In this document: positions 29,987 to 40,005 of the stretch, piece by piece
How positions within the stretch are numbered: the stretch's first letter is position 1
Layout of the letters: every line of letters begins with the position of its first letter
Virus record (IMG/VR): IMGVR_UViG_3300032307_000369
Coordinates: 181,551-245,550 of that record
DNA length: 64,000 nt
Reading direction: 5' to 3' (one strand)
Made by a program: the position numbers and the translations under genes
The notes under the pieces: generated by a model
The model's input: the letters and a program-made list of their open reading frames with translations, nothing else
What the model was told of the DNA's origin: nothing
Databases searched by the model: none

Positions 29987-31039
29987 ATGGCGATATTAAA
30001 AAATACTTCTTTTAGAGATTCCAACAGCGTACTCACAATACCTTCTGGAACTACTGCACAACGTCCATTGCGCCCGCCTAACGGCGCAATGAGATTTAAC
30101 ACGTCATTTGGTGTCACAGAGATTTATATGAATAATGGTTGGCACGATGCATCTAACGGTTCTAGACTGATTGATGCTTGGCCAACCAGTATTGATAGCG
30201 GTGGCATGTTTGTTGAACTTTGGGGTGGTGGCGGTGGGGGCGGAAGACCAGGCGGCTGGAGTCAAGGATCAGAAGGAGGAGCTGGCGGATATTCTTGGGG
30301 TTGGATAAACACTGAAGTAGTTCCAACTGGATCAACGCTTATATTGCAAGTAGCTGGCGGTGGCGCAGTTGGAGGTACTTCTAGTGCTTTCCCAGGCGGC
30401 GGAACAGTTATTGGCGGCGGCGATAATAGATATGGATCGGCTGGCGGTGGATATTCTGGTTTATTTCTAACCACGGTCACACAGGCTAATGCAATTTTAA
30501 TCGCAGGCGGTGGTGGTGGTGGCGGCAGTAGTCGAGCAAATACAGGTAATATTGGTGGCGCAGGCGGTGGCATTGAAGGCAGAGATGGGCACAGTCCATA
30601 TGATTCAAAAGAAGAATGGCGTGGTCGTGGCGGCACACAGACATTTGCTGGTGAAGCAAGTGGTCGTGATAGATACGGTATAACTTGTAACAATTCAAGT
30701 GATCAACAAGGCGCACTGCAAGGCGGTCGATGTACAGTTGGCAGTGGCTACGGTGGTGGCGGAGGCGGCGGTTACTGGGGTGGATCAGGAGGCGGCTATT
30801 CAGAATCAAACACCATGGCAGGTGGTGGCGGCGGTAGCGGATTTGTACACCCATCAAGAATTGTAGGGGGCGGCACGCTAGCAGGCGCTTGGAGAACTCC
30901 ACCAAATCCACCTAGCGGTAGTTTAGGATACGGCGGAACAAACAGTAGTGCTGGAAATAACGGATTTGCAAGGATAACTAGAAATGGCGTAGTAACCACA
31001 TACAGTTTTACTGGCAGTAATGTGACGATCACCTTATAA
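29987..31039 (+). CDS. Glycine-rich (polyglycine-II-type) adhesin-like virion protein
   Basis: PSGTTAQRP..GAMRFNT connector followed by many GGGGG runs (ELWGGGGGGG, GGGGGYWGG). Confidence 0.7.
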   Translation: MAILKNTSFRDSNSVLTIPSGTTAQRPLRPPNGAMRFNTSFGVTEIYMNNGWHDASNGSRLIDAWPTSIDSGGMFVELWGGGGGGGRPGGWSQGSEGGAGGYSWGWINTEVVPTGSTLILQVAGGGAVGGTSSAFPGGGTVIGGGDNRYGSAGGGYSGLFLTTVTQANAILIAGGGGGGGSSRANTGNIGGAGGGIEGRDGHSPYDSKEEWRGRGGTQTFAGEASGRDRYGITCNNSSDQQGALQGGRCTVGSGYGGGGGGGYWGGSGGGYSESNTMAGGGGGSGFVHPSRIVGGGTLAGAWRTPPNPPSGSLGYGGTNSSAGNNGFARITRNGVVTTYSFTGSNVTITL

Positions 31040-31052
31040 TGGAATAATAAGA

Positions 31053-32969
31053 ATGGCAATTTTAAGAAATACAACTTTTAGTGAAACTGGTGGATTTTTA
31101 TCCTTACCCGCTGGTACAACAGCCCAGCGTCCTGGACTTTATACTTCAGCTACAATTGTACAGTTAACTACAGTGGGCACTAGTACATGGACGGTTCCAG
31201 CAGGGGTTACTACTATTGAAGTATTATTAGTTGCTGGAGGTGGTGGTGGCGGTTTCCAAGTTGGCGGTGGTGGTGGTGGTGGCGGAGTAGTATACCGTCC
31301 ATTTTATCCAGTAACTCCTGGCGCAAATATCACGTATACTATTGGTGGTGGCGGAACTGGCGCAGCCAATAGTGGTGTCGCTGGCACAAACGGACAAGAT
31401 ACTACGTTTGGTTCTGGCGGCGATCAAGTGGTAGCTAAAGGCGGTGGCGCCGGAGCAAATCATAGTACTAGCGTTGGAGGTTATGACGGGATTGGTCAAT
31501 CAGGCGGGTCAGGTGGTGGCGGCGCTGGAGATAGTTCTAGTAGAAGTCAACGTGGCGGATATCCAGTAGACGGTCAAGGTTACCCAGGCGGAAGAGGTCG
31601 AGGTGGTAATCATCCAGGATTTAGTGGGAATGCTTGGGCAGGCGGTGGTGGTGGTGGCGCTGGTGGCCCAGGCCAAGATTCAAACGTAAATGGTCAAGGT
31701 GGTAATGGTGGTCCAGGCATTACAACAAACATAACATGGAACGGCACTGGCGCACAAACACTAACAAATTACGGCGGTGGCGGTGGTGGATGTAGCGGCC
31801 CAGGTTCATCTGGCCACCGTGCTGGTGGTGGTATTGGTGGTGGCGGTTCTGGTGCTGGAGATGGCGACAGTGGAGCTCCTAAAAACGGTGTTGCTAACAC
31901 AGGTGGCGGTGGTGGTGGCGTTCGCGACACTTCAGGTGCTGCCGGAAATGGCGGAAGTGGTATTATCATAATTCGTTATTTTGCTGATAGACAGCCCTTA
32001 ATGTCTGGATCTATTAGATTAAACACTGACACTGGTAGAGTTGAACAGTTTCAAAGCAATGGTGTTTGGGGTGAAGTTGCTATTCCATTTTTAACAAGAC
32101 AAATTATTACCACTGCATACATGTTAGGTGGTTACAAAGATGCGGCAGCTTGGAATAACGTTAATAGAACTAGTGTGGCTACTGATGTAACTATTAACAT
32201 TGGTGATAACTCTATTGAAAGAAGTTTTAATTACCAAGGTGGTGCGTGTAGCACTAACCTAGCCTACGTTTTTGGTGCAGGTAACGGCCATGCTATTAAC
32301 AGTAACTATGTTATAGCGTTCAACATGCGAACAGAACAAGCGTATAACCCAGGCAGCGGCATGAGCAGAACTATGGCAGGTAGTAGATGGACGTTTGGTA
32401 CAATGTTCAAAGAAACTTATTTGGCATGGAGTGCTGGCGGTGGCGATGCAAGATTAGAAGAATATAACATGACCACTCAAACTCTAGTGGGAACAATTAC
32501 AAGTGTTAGACAAGGTGGAAATACATGGGCCATGAGCCATGAAAATTTTGGATACATTTATTGGGCAAATGATCAAGATAGATTTGATTTTGCCACCCGA
32601 ACATTGCAGTCTGCGGGTATTCGAAATGGCATATCCAACCACGATCAACAAAAATCTATACAAAGTAAATACATGTGGGCATGGGCAGGAAATGAAGGAA
32701 GTTATAACGGCGGAAATAGTCTAAGAAGAACTAACATGCAAACAGACACTACTATGGGAACATATGGTAAACCAGTTGGTAATAGTGGTGAAGAAAATCT
32801 TACTATGGGACAAGACTGGCAATACATGATAGGCATGTATAACGGCGCACAAAATAATATTAGTTGGAAATGGTATTACTACACTGAAACTGGTGCACAA
32901 AACTCAAGCACACTTGAACCAAAAGGTAAGGGCGGAGCGAGTTCTGGTACATGTAGCTGGAGAGATTAA
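31053..32969 (+). CDS. Gly-rich plus beta-propeller-like adhesin
   Basis: WTVPAGVTTIEVLLVAGGGGGG ... GGSGIIIIRY Gly-rich domain, then AYMLGG/AYVFGA-type kelch-like blades; ends CSWRD. Confidence 0.7.
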   Translation: MAILRNTTFSETGGFLSLPAGTTAQRPGLYTSATIVQLTTVGTSTWTVPAGVTTIEVLLVAGGGGGGFQVGGGGGGGGVVYRPFYPVTPGANITYTIGGGGTGAANSGVAGTNGQDTTFGSGGDQVVAKGGGAGANHSTSVGGYDGIGQSGGSGGGGAGDSSSRSQRGGYPVDGQGYPGGRGRGGNHPGFSGNAWAGGGGGGAGGPGQDSNVNGQGGNGGPGITTNITWNGTGAQTLTNYGGGGGGCSGPGSSGHRAGGGIGGGGSGAGDGDSGAPKNGVANTGGGGGGVRDTSGAAGNGGSGIIIIRYFADRQPLMSGSIRLNTDTGRVEQFQSNGVWGEVAIPFLTRQIITTAYMLGGYKDAAAWNNVNRTSVATDVTINIGDNSIERSFNYQGGACSTNLAYVFGAGNGHAINSNYVIAFNMRTEQAYNPGSGMSRTMAGSRWTFGTMFKETYLAWSAGGGDARLEEYNMTTQTLVGTITSVRQGGNTWAMSHENFGYIYWANDQDRFDFATRTLQSAGIRNGISNHDQQKSIQSKYMWAWAGNEGSYNGGNSLRRTNMQTDTTMGTYGKPVGNSGEENLTMGQDWQYMIGMYNGAQNNISWKWYYYTETGAQNSSTLEPKGKGGASSGTCSWRD

Positions 32970-34021
32970 TGGCAAATTTAAGAAATACACGAATTAACGA
33001 CACTGGTTTTTTAACTTTACCAGGCCCAGTTTTTAATACTAGCGGGCAAGCACAAATACGATATAATCCAGGAAGAAATGCAATTGAAACCTTTAGTCCA
33101 ACGGAAGCAGGACAATATGGACAAGGCACTTGGCGCATTGCATCAATTCCATTCTTTACCAGACAAATTATAACCACTGGATACTTGCACGGCGGGTATC
33201 AGTCAAGCGTGGTTTTTAACACAACCAACAGGACTGTATTTGCAACAGATACAACTATTGATTTAACTGGCGCAACACAAAAGCAAGAAGCGGCGCACAA
33301 TTATCAAAGTGAAGCTCATAGCGGCACATTTAGTTTTACATGGGGAGCTTCAGGAAGCCACTGCGTGGCTGCTGCCAACGTTATTTGTTTTAACATGAGA
33401 ACAGAAGTTAGAAAAACTTCTGGATACACAAGAAGTTGGCCATTTGCGCACATTAATAACGGCACTGTACAACAAGATTTGGTAAAAGCATGGGTCACTA
33501 GTACATATGGTTCTAGTGCAACGTACGAGTTCGACCTTGTTACTGAAACGCTGGGTGCTAATTTAGGTAATAGTACTGGCGGACAAAACTGGGGGACTAG
33601 TCATGACAATTTGGGAATTTTTTATGGCAACGGAGAACGTAATTTTTACTTTGCCACTAGAACAATGACTACTCGATCAGGAACTGCGGTAGCAGGAGAC
33701 GGTCTACAACATACAATTCAATTCAAACAAGGCATGCACATGTCTGGTAGAGAAGGAAACCCAAGTACAAACTGGCGAGAAACTGACATGATTACTAATG
33801 CTTCAAGAGATGTTGTTGGAGCAAAACCAAACGTAAGTGGCGAAGAAAACATGACCGTAGGTCAAGATTGGGGCTACTGCTTAGGGTTTTACAACGGAGC
33901 ACACGTCAATACCACATATAAATTTATCTATCAAACAAGAACTGGACAAACCATGGGCAGTACAACTGAGCCTAAAGGTAATGGTGGAAACAGTTCCGCA
34001 ACTATGTCCTGGCGAGATTAA
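32969..34021 (+). CDS. Beta-propeller-like virion protein (paralog of the C-terminal half of the previous gene)
   Basis: Shares IPF.TRQIITT.Y..GGY, FNMRTE, SGEEN.T.GQDW.Y and EPKG.GG.SS; ends MSWRD. Confidence 0.7.
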   Translation: MANLRNTRINDTGFLTLPGPVFNTSGQAQIRYNPGRNAIETFSPTEAGQYGQGTWRIASIPFFTRQIITTGYLHGGYQSSVVFNTTNRTVFATDTTIDLTGATQKQEAAHNYQSEAHSGTFSFTWGASGSHCVAAANVICFNMRTEVRKTSGYTRSWPFAHINNGTVQQDLVKAWVTSTYGSSATYEFDLVTETLGANLGNSTGGQNWGTSHDNLGIFYGNGERNFYFATRTMTTRSGTAVAGDGLQHTIQFKQGMHMSGREGNPSTNWRETDMITNASRDVVGAKPNVSGEENMTVGQDWGYCLGFYNGAHVNTTYKFIYQTRTGQTMGSTTEPKGNGGNSSATMSWRD

Positions 34022-34060
34022 TAAGGTTAAATATAAGACTTAATATATTTAGAGGGACTT

Positions 34061-34936
34061 ATGACAGATAGAATTAAACAATACAACTCTCAGAGATTTC
34101 AAAGCACAATCAATACAGATGTAAGCATGATTGATGATGCTGGTAAAAAGTTGATTGAAAGAGCAATGAACAAAGAATGGACTAATCCAAAGTACAAATT
34201 GCGTTGGTTTGTGGGACAGCAACAAATTACTCCATTTTCTAAATATCGTCAATGGCTCTTAGAATTAAAAAGCAAAGAAGAGTCTTTAGAAAATATGGAA
34301 TATGAAATTGCAAAATTGCAAGTTGAATATGACAGATATAAAAGAATCAAAGACAACTCTACTGACGATTTAGATAAACGCCTTGCAGACATTGAAATGT
34401 GGAAAACTGATAGAAGCATTTATATGAGCAAGCGACGAATCCAAGATTGGTATTTGGAAAGACAGCACCTAATTGATCTAATTGAAGAATTTATGGCTTC
34501 AGATGAAGCTAAGTTGCCAGATGGATCTGGAAGAACTTATGCTGATGTTTTGGACACTGAAGAAGAAGATGTATATGAAGCGCAGTATTGGACAAACAGA
34601 CTAGCAAAACAGGCAGCTTGTGACATGTTGTTTTATGGTCGTATTGGCACTGGTAATATGGACGCCATACTAAGTATGAGTCCAGAACAGCAAGCAGAAA
34701 CACTTGCATTAACTGTGAACTTCAGTACTCAATTACAATCTTATCAAACAAGATTACAAAATGAAGCTACACAAATGTTACAGATGCAACAAGCAAGTGA
34801 TAATAAAGATTTGACATTTCCAACGTCATCACACTTGATTAATGATAGCAGTGCGCAAAATATTCAAAAAGCAGATGTATCAAACGATGCCGAGGACTTA
34901 TTAAATGTATATAGTATTCGAAACACTGGCGAGTAA
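34061..34936 (+). CDS. Hypothetical coiled-coil protein (possible fibre/adhesin assembly factor)
   Basis: TAAATA at 34028-34033 and GAGGG Shine-Dalgarno; C-terminal YWTNRLAKQAACD...GRIGTGNMDAI block. Confidence 0.6.
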   Translation: MTDRIKQYNSQRFQSTINTDVSMIDDAGKKLIERAMNKEWTNPKYKLRWFVGQQQITPFSKYRQWLLELKSKEESLENMEYEIAKLQVEYDRYKRIKDNSTDDLDKRLADIEMWKTDRSIYMSKRRIQDWYLERQHLIDLIEEFMASDEAKLPDGSGRTYADVLDTEEEDVYEAQYWTNRLAKQAACDMLFYGRIGTGNMDAILSMSPEQQAETLALTVNFSTQLQSYQTRLQNEATQMLQMQQASDNKDLTFPTSSHLINDSSAQNIQKADVSNDAEDLLNVYSIRNTGE

Positions 34937-35447
34937 TGATCCAAGATTAGATCCAAAGATGAATATCTTTGGCAAATACTGGCATTATAGTATTGCTTTT
35001 ATTGCTCCTGAGCATGAGGAAAGCGTCTATTTAAAATGGATGCCTCATGAAGTAATTTCAGAAAAGGTAGCTAAGTCTGACAAGTTAGCATCATCAATAG
35101 ATGGAGAAATTGCCTTATTGGTTAAAAACTTTGGTACGTATGAAGAGATTATCTCTCCTACTAGCAAAGGGGATAATAACTATAGAAAACAACTATACTA
35201 CTTGACTCCAGAAGACGATAAAAATTGCACAGATTTGTTAAAAGCTATTGCAAAAATACATATTTTAACCAAGTTATCAGAAGATAATGAGCCAAATGTT
35301 AAAGAAAGATTGCTGACAATTGTAAACCAGCTAACTAACTTAAATGATGCGCAAGTGTTCTTCCATAATTATTTTAATGTACAATTAACAGCGTATACAC
35401 ACAAGTTAGAAAAAACTGCTGAATTTGTTGCAAATTTTAATCCTTGA
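34905..35447 (+). CDS. Hypothetical protein
   Basis: 180-aa ORF with GAGGA Shine-Dalgarno, overlapping the end of the previous gene. Confidence 0.6.
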   Translation: MYIVFETLASNDPRLDPKMNIFGKYWHYSIAFIAPEHEESVYLKWMPHEVISEKVAKSDKLASSIDGEIALLVKNFGTYEEIISPTSKGDNNYRKQLYYLTPEDDKNCTDLLKAIAKIHILTKLSEDNEPNVKERLLTIVNQLTNLNDAQVFFHNYFNVQLTAYTHKLEKTAEFVANFNP

Positions 35448-35454
35448 GTTCAAT

Positions 35455-35504
35455 TTTACATTTTACTAGAAAGGTGCTATAATAAGTATATAGTACCTTT
35501 TTTT
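35455..35504 (+). promoter_or_regulatory. Sigma70-type promoter overlapping a terminator-like hairpin
   Basis: TTTACA (35455-35460), 17-nt spacer, TATAAT (35478-35483), with an extended TG. Arms 35470-35481 and 35489-35500 pair (one G-U) and are followed by TTTT. Confidence 0.6.
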
Positions 35505-37196
35505 ATGGCTCTTATGAAGAAAAAAATTTTTAGCGTTCCACTTAATCCAAAACTTTCTCCAGATCAATATCTAGAATTTTATAACTTTCTAGCGGAGTAT
35601 AAAGATTATATTCGAGATGTTTATTTCACTTCTCGAATTAAACCATTTATGCAAGATGCAATGGGAGACGTGTTTGTCATACAAGAAGATTATCAATATG
35701 CTATTGATGCGGCTTTGTATATTCAAAACACTTTGGGTATTCCTGTTAGTGCAACATTTAACAATATTAGTGTCCCACCAACACAGATTAACCTAGATAC
35801 CTTTATATCTAATTTCAAACCATTGTATGATAAGGGCATAAGAAATGCCACTATCCCACATACGCACTGGATGGCTACTGGTCAGATCAAGGCAGCATTT
35901 CCTGAACTGTATGTAAAAAATACAATTTTAAGAGAAGTGCATACCGCACAAGAAGTTGTTAATCTAGCCAAAGCAGGATTTGATTATGTTAATTTAGATA
36001 GAGATCTGATGAGAGATCGTGATGCTTTATTAAAGATTAAAAAGGCTAAAGAATATATTAAAGAAACAATGGGGAAAGATATTGCGATCAGTCTGCTATC
36101 TAATGAAGGTTGCTTAGGTGGCTGTTCCATGATGGTGGAACATTTTGAGTTCAATAACAATAGAATAGGCGCAAGCCCGCAATACTTTAATGATCCAATC
36201 AGTAGAGTTAGTTGTCCTAAATGGGACGTATTGGATCCAGCAGTGCATCTTAAAACAGCCAACTTTCCTCCTTGGAGAGCTGACTGGGTAGAATTTGTAG
36301 AGGAGTTAGGCATTGACAGTTTTAAAATGCACGGCAGAGAAGCAGTGTCAAGACTCTACGAGACAATGGAAATTATTAGAAGATTTGCTCGAGAAGAAGA
36401 AATTTTAATTGACGGGTTTGAAAAGTATTTAGAAGAAACAAATTTAGTAGATAAGCCAATTAACATATGGCGACAAAAAATTAAGAATTGCAAATTTGAA
36501 TGTTGGGAATGCCAATATTGTGATAAAATTTACGATAAAAAGGCAGCTGACATTAAGTATTCAGAACTTGTACAACACGTAGTTGAGTGTATAGCGGATA
36601 GTGGAATTCCAACAGTTAGTACAAATGTTCCAGGACTTACAAGTATTCGAGTTCAATCATTGTTAAATGCAATTGCATCAGGCGTTGATACGTATTTAGA
36701 AGTTGGATCAGGTGTTGGTGCAACAATGTCTGCGGTGTTAAAAAATAATCCTATACATGCTATTGCAGTTGATAACTGGCAGCAGAATATACAACCATTA
36801 ACTGATAACATAGCACAGCTACCTGAAAATACTGTAGAAAACTTTACTGAAAATATTAAAAAATATAGTGGCGCATCAAGAATTGATGTATATAACGGGG
36901 ATCTTTTTAGTATAGATACTAGTACATTTGAAAAACCAATCAAAATGTTTTTCTATGATGGCCCGCATGATTTAGCCAGCACTAAACGTGCAGTTCAACA
37001 TTATGCCAGTTGTTTAGATAACGAGGCAATTTTAATTTTTGATGATGCAAATTGGGAAGGCGTTGTTGAAGGCGCTAGACAAGGGATCAACGCTGTTGGA
37101 GGTCACGTGACTTATGAAAAATTAATTTTAAATAGTGTTGAAAATCCAAGAGAGTGGTGGAACGGCTTGTATATATTAGTAATGAGGAAAAGATGA
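35505..37196 (+). CDS. Peptidase U32-like Fe-S protein fused to a class I SAM methyltransferase (Methyltransf_24-like)
   Basis: U32-like NEGCLGGC...H, SCPKW and FKMHGRE; Cys cluster CKFECWECQYC; C-terminal YLEVGSGVG, FFYDGPH and IFDDANW. Confidence 0.7.
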   Translation: MALMKKKIFSVPLNPKLSPDQYLEFYNFLAEYKDYIRDVYFTSRIKPFMQDAMGDVFVIQEDYQYAIDAALYIQNTLGIPVSATFNNISVPPTQINLDTFISNFKPLYDKGIRNATIPHTHWMATGQIKAAFPELYVKNTILREVHTAQEVVNLAKAGFDYVNLDRDLMRDRDALLKIKKAKEYIKETMGKDIAISLLSNEGCLGGCSMMVEHFEFNNNRIGASPQYFNDPISRVSCPKWDVLDPAVHLKTANFPPWRADWVEFVEELGIDSFKMHGREAVSRLYETMEIIRRFAREEEILIDGFEKYLEETNLVDKPINIWRQKIKNCKFECWECQYCDKIYDKKAADIKYSELVQHVVECIADSGIPTVSTNVPGLTSIRVQSLLNAIASGVDTYLEVGSGVGATMSAVLKNNPIHAIAVDNWQQNIQPLTDNIAQLPENTVENFTENIKKYSGASRIDVYNGDLFSIDTSTFEKPIKMFFYDGPHDLASTKRAVQHYASCLDNEAILIFDDANWEGVVEGARQGINAVGGHVTYEKLILNSVENPREWWNGLYILVMRKR

Positions 37197-38704
37197 TTAG
37201 TAAGGTAAAAAATATAGTAATTTTTGGCGGAGGTACAAGCGGTTGGCTTACTGCGGCCTACATGGTAAACAATTTAAAAATACCAACTAAGATTACATTA
37301 ATAGAAGATACTTCTCTTGGACCAATTGGTGTTGGAGAAGGTACTCAACCATTGACTGCACAATTTTTACATCAGTGCGGTATTCCACCAAAAATGTGGA
37401 TGAAACCAAGCCAAGCAAGTTTTAAATTTGGTGTTGAATTGGTTGGTTGGAATGACGAGCCATATTTTGTAGATAACGACACTATCAATAATGCAGTTAT
37501 ATCAGAAGACTTTTTTACTAGTGATTACTTTTTAAATAAGGACCCTAAAGAATTTAGAGATTGGCATCCTGCTTATCAATTGGCAAAAGAAAACATTTGT
37601 CCTAAAATTGAAGGAAGTATGGATGTAAATTTTGGTTCAGGAGAGGCTGGATATGGCGCAGTACATTTTAATGCTTACGAAATTATAAAAACAATAAAAG
37701 ATATCATACTTGATAAAATTACATATATTGATACTAAAATTGAAAATATTGAAAAAGACATATATGGAATTACTAAGCTAGTTGATGACAAGAATAACTC
37801 TTACACTGCTGATTTGTTTATAGATTGCAGTGGGTTTAAATCACTGTTACTTGAAAAAACATTAGGATCTCCATTCACTTCATACACAGATTATTTGCCG
37901 TGTGACAAGGCAGTAGTACTTCCAACACAATATACTGATCCTGAAAAAGAATGTTTTCCTTACACTCGTGCAACAACCATGACGTCAGGTTGGAGATTTA
38001 CGATTCCAATTTTTACAAGGGTTGGTAATGGTTACATTTATAGCAGTAAATTTATCAGTAAAGAAGATGCAGAAAAAGAGTTAAGAGAAAGCGTTGGCGA
38101 ATTTGATGCAACTGCAAGACACTTAGATATGAAATGTGGAACACATAAAGAAATTGCTGTTAAAAATGTCTGTGCAGTGGGATTAAGTGCAGGGTTTGTG
38201 GAACCATTGGAAGCAACTGGCATCACTTTTACTACTGCTGTGGTAAGATCAATTACTGACTTATTAAACATGAGTGGAAATGTTTGGAATCAACAAGTAA
38301 AAGACTACATTAACAGAGGATTTCATGAAATGACTACTGAAATTGTAGCATTTGTTTGGGCCCACTACCACTTTGCTACAAGACGAGACACAGATTTTTG
38401 GAAAAATATTGGTGAACAACGCTTAGAAAATTTGCCAGAAGATGTACAGTATGTATTAAGCAATTTTTACCCAATGCCAAGTAAGTATCTTTATTTTAGT
38501 CCTGGCTCAATGTTTAACGCTGTGCAATGGTTTAGTGTTATTCATGCTGGTAAGGGATATGCTAACGTAAAAAATACACTGTCAGAAAAACAAGAACTTT
38601 ACGGAAAATATTTTAAAGAAGTACATGAATCAAGAGTTGGCATGGCAAAGAATACTTTTCCAAATCAATATCAGTATCTAAAGGATTGGTATGCAAAAGT
38701 GTAA
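37193..38704 (+). CDS. Flavin-dependent (tryptophan halogenase family) halogenase
   Basis: GGGTSG FAD motif, GVGEGT, ASFKFG (catalytic Lys position), FIDCSGF, WRFTIP and GFVEPLEATG; start at 37193 via ATGA overlap. Confidence 0.9.
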   Translation: MISKVKNIVIFGGGTSGWLTAAYMVNNLKIPTKITLIEDTSLGPIGVGEGTQPLTAQFLHQCGIPPKMWMKPSQASFKFGVELVGWNDEPYFVDNDTINNAVISEDFFTSDYFLNKDPKEFRDWHPAYQLAKENICPKIEGSMDVNFGSGEAGYGAVHFNAYEIIKTIKDIILDKITYIDTKIENIEKDIYGITKLVDDKNNSYTADLFIDCSGFKSLLLEKTLGSPFTSYTDYLPCDKAVVLPTQYTDPEKECFPYTRATTMTSGWRFTIPIFTRVGNGYIYSSKFISKEDAEKELRESVGEFDATARHLDMKCGTHKEIAVKNVCAVGLSAGFVEPLEATGITFTTAVVRSITDLLNMSGNVWNQQVKDYINRGFHEMTTEIVAFVWAHYHFATRRDTDFWKNIGEQRLENLPEDVQYVLSNFYPMPSKYLYFSPGSMFNAVQWFSVIHAGKGYANVKNTLSEKQELYGKYFKEVHESRVGMAKNTFPNQYQYLKDWYAKV

Positions 38705-39269
38705 ACTTTTTAGAGCTGATCTGTTTTTAGAATCAAATGTTGGTACAGATGAGCAATACAATGATTTACTAAAACAAATTAGATTCGCTCAGAGTATGAA
38801 TAGTAATCCTGCTCCTCACAGTAATGAGAACTGTTGGAGAACTGAAACACAGTATCAAAATATTGGATGGTTACTGCAAGGTTTAAGAAAGTTGTTAGAT
38901 GAATTTATTCTTGAATATAAACATGAATTAGACTATAAGAATTTAGATTACAATAAAATTTCATATTTTTATTGGACAAACATCAATGCACCACATAGTA
39001 AAAATGCTAGACACGCACATGTCAAAAGTCATTTTTCAGCGGTGTACTACTTGCAATCAGAAAATACTGGAGCCCTTAGACTAATTAATCCAGCAAACGG
39101 ACTGTCTGAATGTAACCCAGGCGCTCCGTATATTTCAGACGTTGTTTATCCACCAAAGGATCGAGATTTAGTAATGTGGCCTGCCTGGGTTCCACATGAA
39201 GTTGATCCAAATTATTCAAATAAAGAAAGAATAAACTTAACATTTGATATTACAATAGGTCCAAAATGA
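38691..39269 (+). CDS. Putative 2OG-Fe(II) oxygenase (TIGR02466-like)
   Basis: W.NIN....N..HAH...FSAVYY ... PAWVPHEV.PN....RINLTF. Confidence 0.8.
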   Translation: MQKCKLFRADLFLESNVGTDEQYNDLLKQIRFAQSMNSNPAPHSNENCWRTETQYQNIGWLLQGLRKLLDEFILEYKHELDYKNLDYNKISYFYWTNINAPHSKNARHAHVKSHFSAVYYLQSENTGALRLINPANGLSECNPGAPYISDVVYPPKDRDLVMWPAWVPHEVDPNYSNKERINLTFDITIGPK

Positions 39270-40003
39270 AAGATATAATTTTCTTCTCAACGGTTGAGGG
39301 AGTTTCAGAAGTTTGTCCAATTGTTCCCGCATTAAAATCATTACCAGCCTGGACGAATGTTGCTAGAGAAAAATACATTAAGGAAAAAAATGACAGTAAC
39401 GAAAGAGTTAGTCATCTTTATCAATGCCCAGGAATTTTTGATTTGTATAACTATGGATATATAGTTACAGCTTGGCACGATTTTGTAATTAAAACTGATC
39501 AAAATAAACAAGGGTTTGCTTGGACTATTCCACATTCAGAATTGGCAGATTTGATGAACGGTATAGATATTATTGGTACACATCAACAAAGAATAAGTGA
39601 ACTTATTCCATCTCGACCAACTTCGATCAAACAGATTATTAAACTTAATACACCTTGGCATGTGATTGCACCAAAAGGAATCAAATTTATTGTACTACCT
39701 ATCGCATATCCTGATTCATTTGAATTTGATAGTCATATTGGTATTTTGGATCCTTCTGTCAGTTCTGAAATTAATGTCCAATTAAACTGGAATGTTAAAG
39801 ATGGCGAAACATTAATCAAAGCAGGAACGCCTTTAGCACACCTAATACCAATTAGCGAAGATAAATTTAATCTAATTTGTAGAGATGCAACTGACAATGA
39901 CAAGCGTTGGTTGCGAAAAAGAAATTTCTTTAACAATTTCACTTTTAAACTCAAAAGAAATGTGATTAAAGAATTTTATTATAAACATTTTTATGGAAAA
40001 TAA
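39266..40003 (+). CDS. Hypothetical protein, possible dUTPase-like beta fold
   Basis: CPGIFD...GYI, KLNTPW, GILD and IKAGTPLAHLIP; canonical dUTPase catalytic motifs are not evident. Confidence 0.45.
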   Translation: MKDIIFFSTVEGVSEVCPIVPALKSLPAWTNVAREKYIKEKNDSNERVSHLYQCPGIFDLYNYGYIVTAWHDFVIKTDQNKQGFAWTIPHSELADLMNGIDIIGTHQQRISELIPSRPTSIKQIIKLNTPWHVIAPKGIKFIVLPIAYPDSFEFDSHIGILDPSVSSEINVQLNWNVKDGETLIKAGTPLAHLIPISEDKFNLICRDATDNDKRWLRKRNFFNNFTFKLKRNVIKEFYYKHFYGK

Positions 40004-40005
40004 TT

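Noticed and set aside
31053-34021. Paralogous propeller genes as an invertible or DGR cassette
   Set aside because: They are in the same orientation and diverged throughout; no recombinase or inverted crossover sites are seen.
39266-40003. Calling this gene a true dUTPase
   Set aside because: Only the terminal G.P.A.L.P-like strand pattern matches; the five canonical dUTPase motifs are not recognisable.
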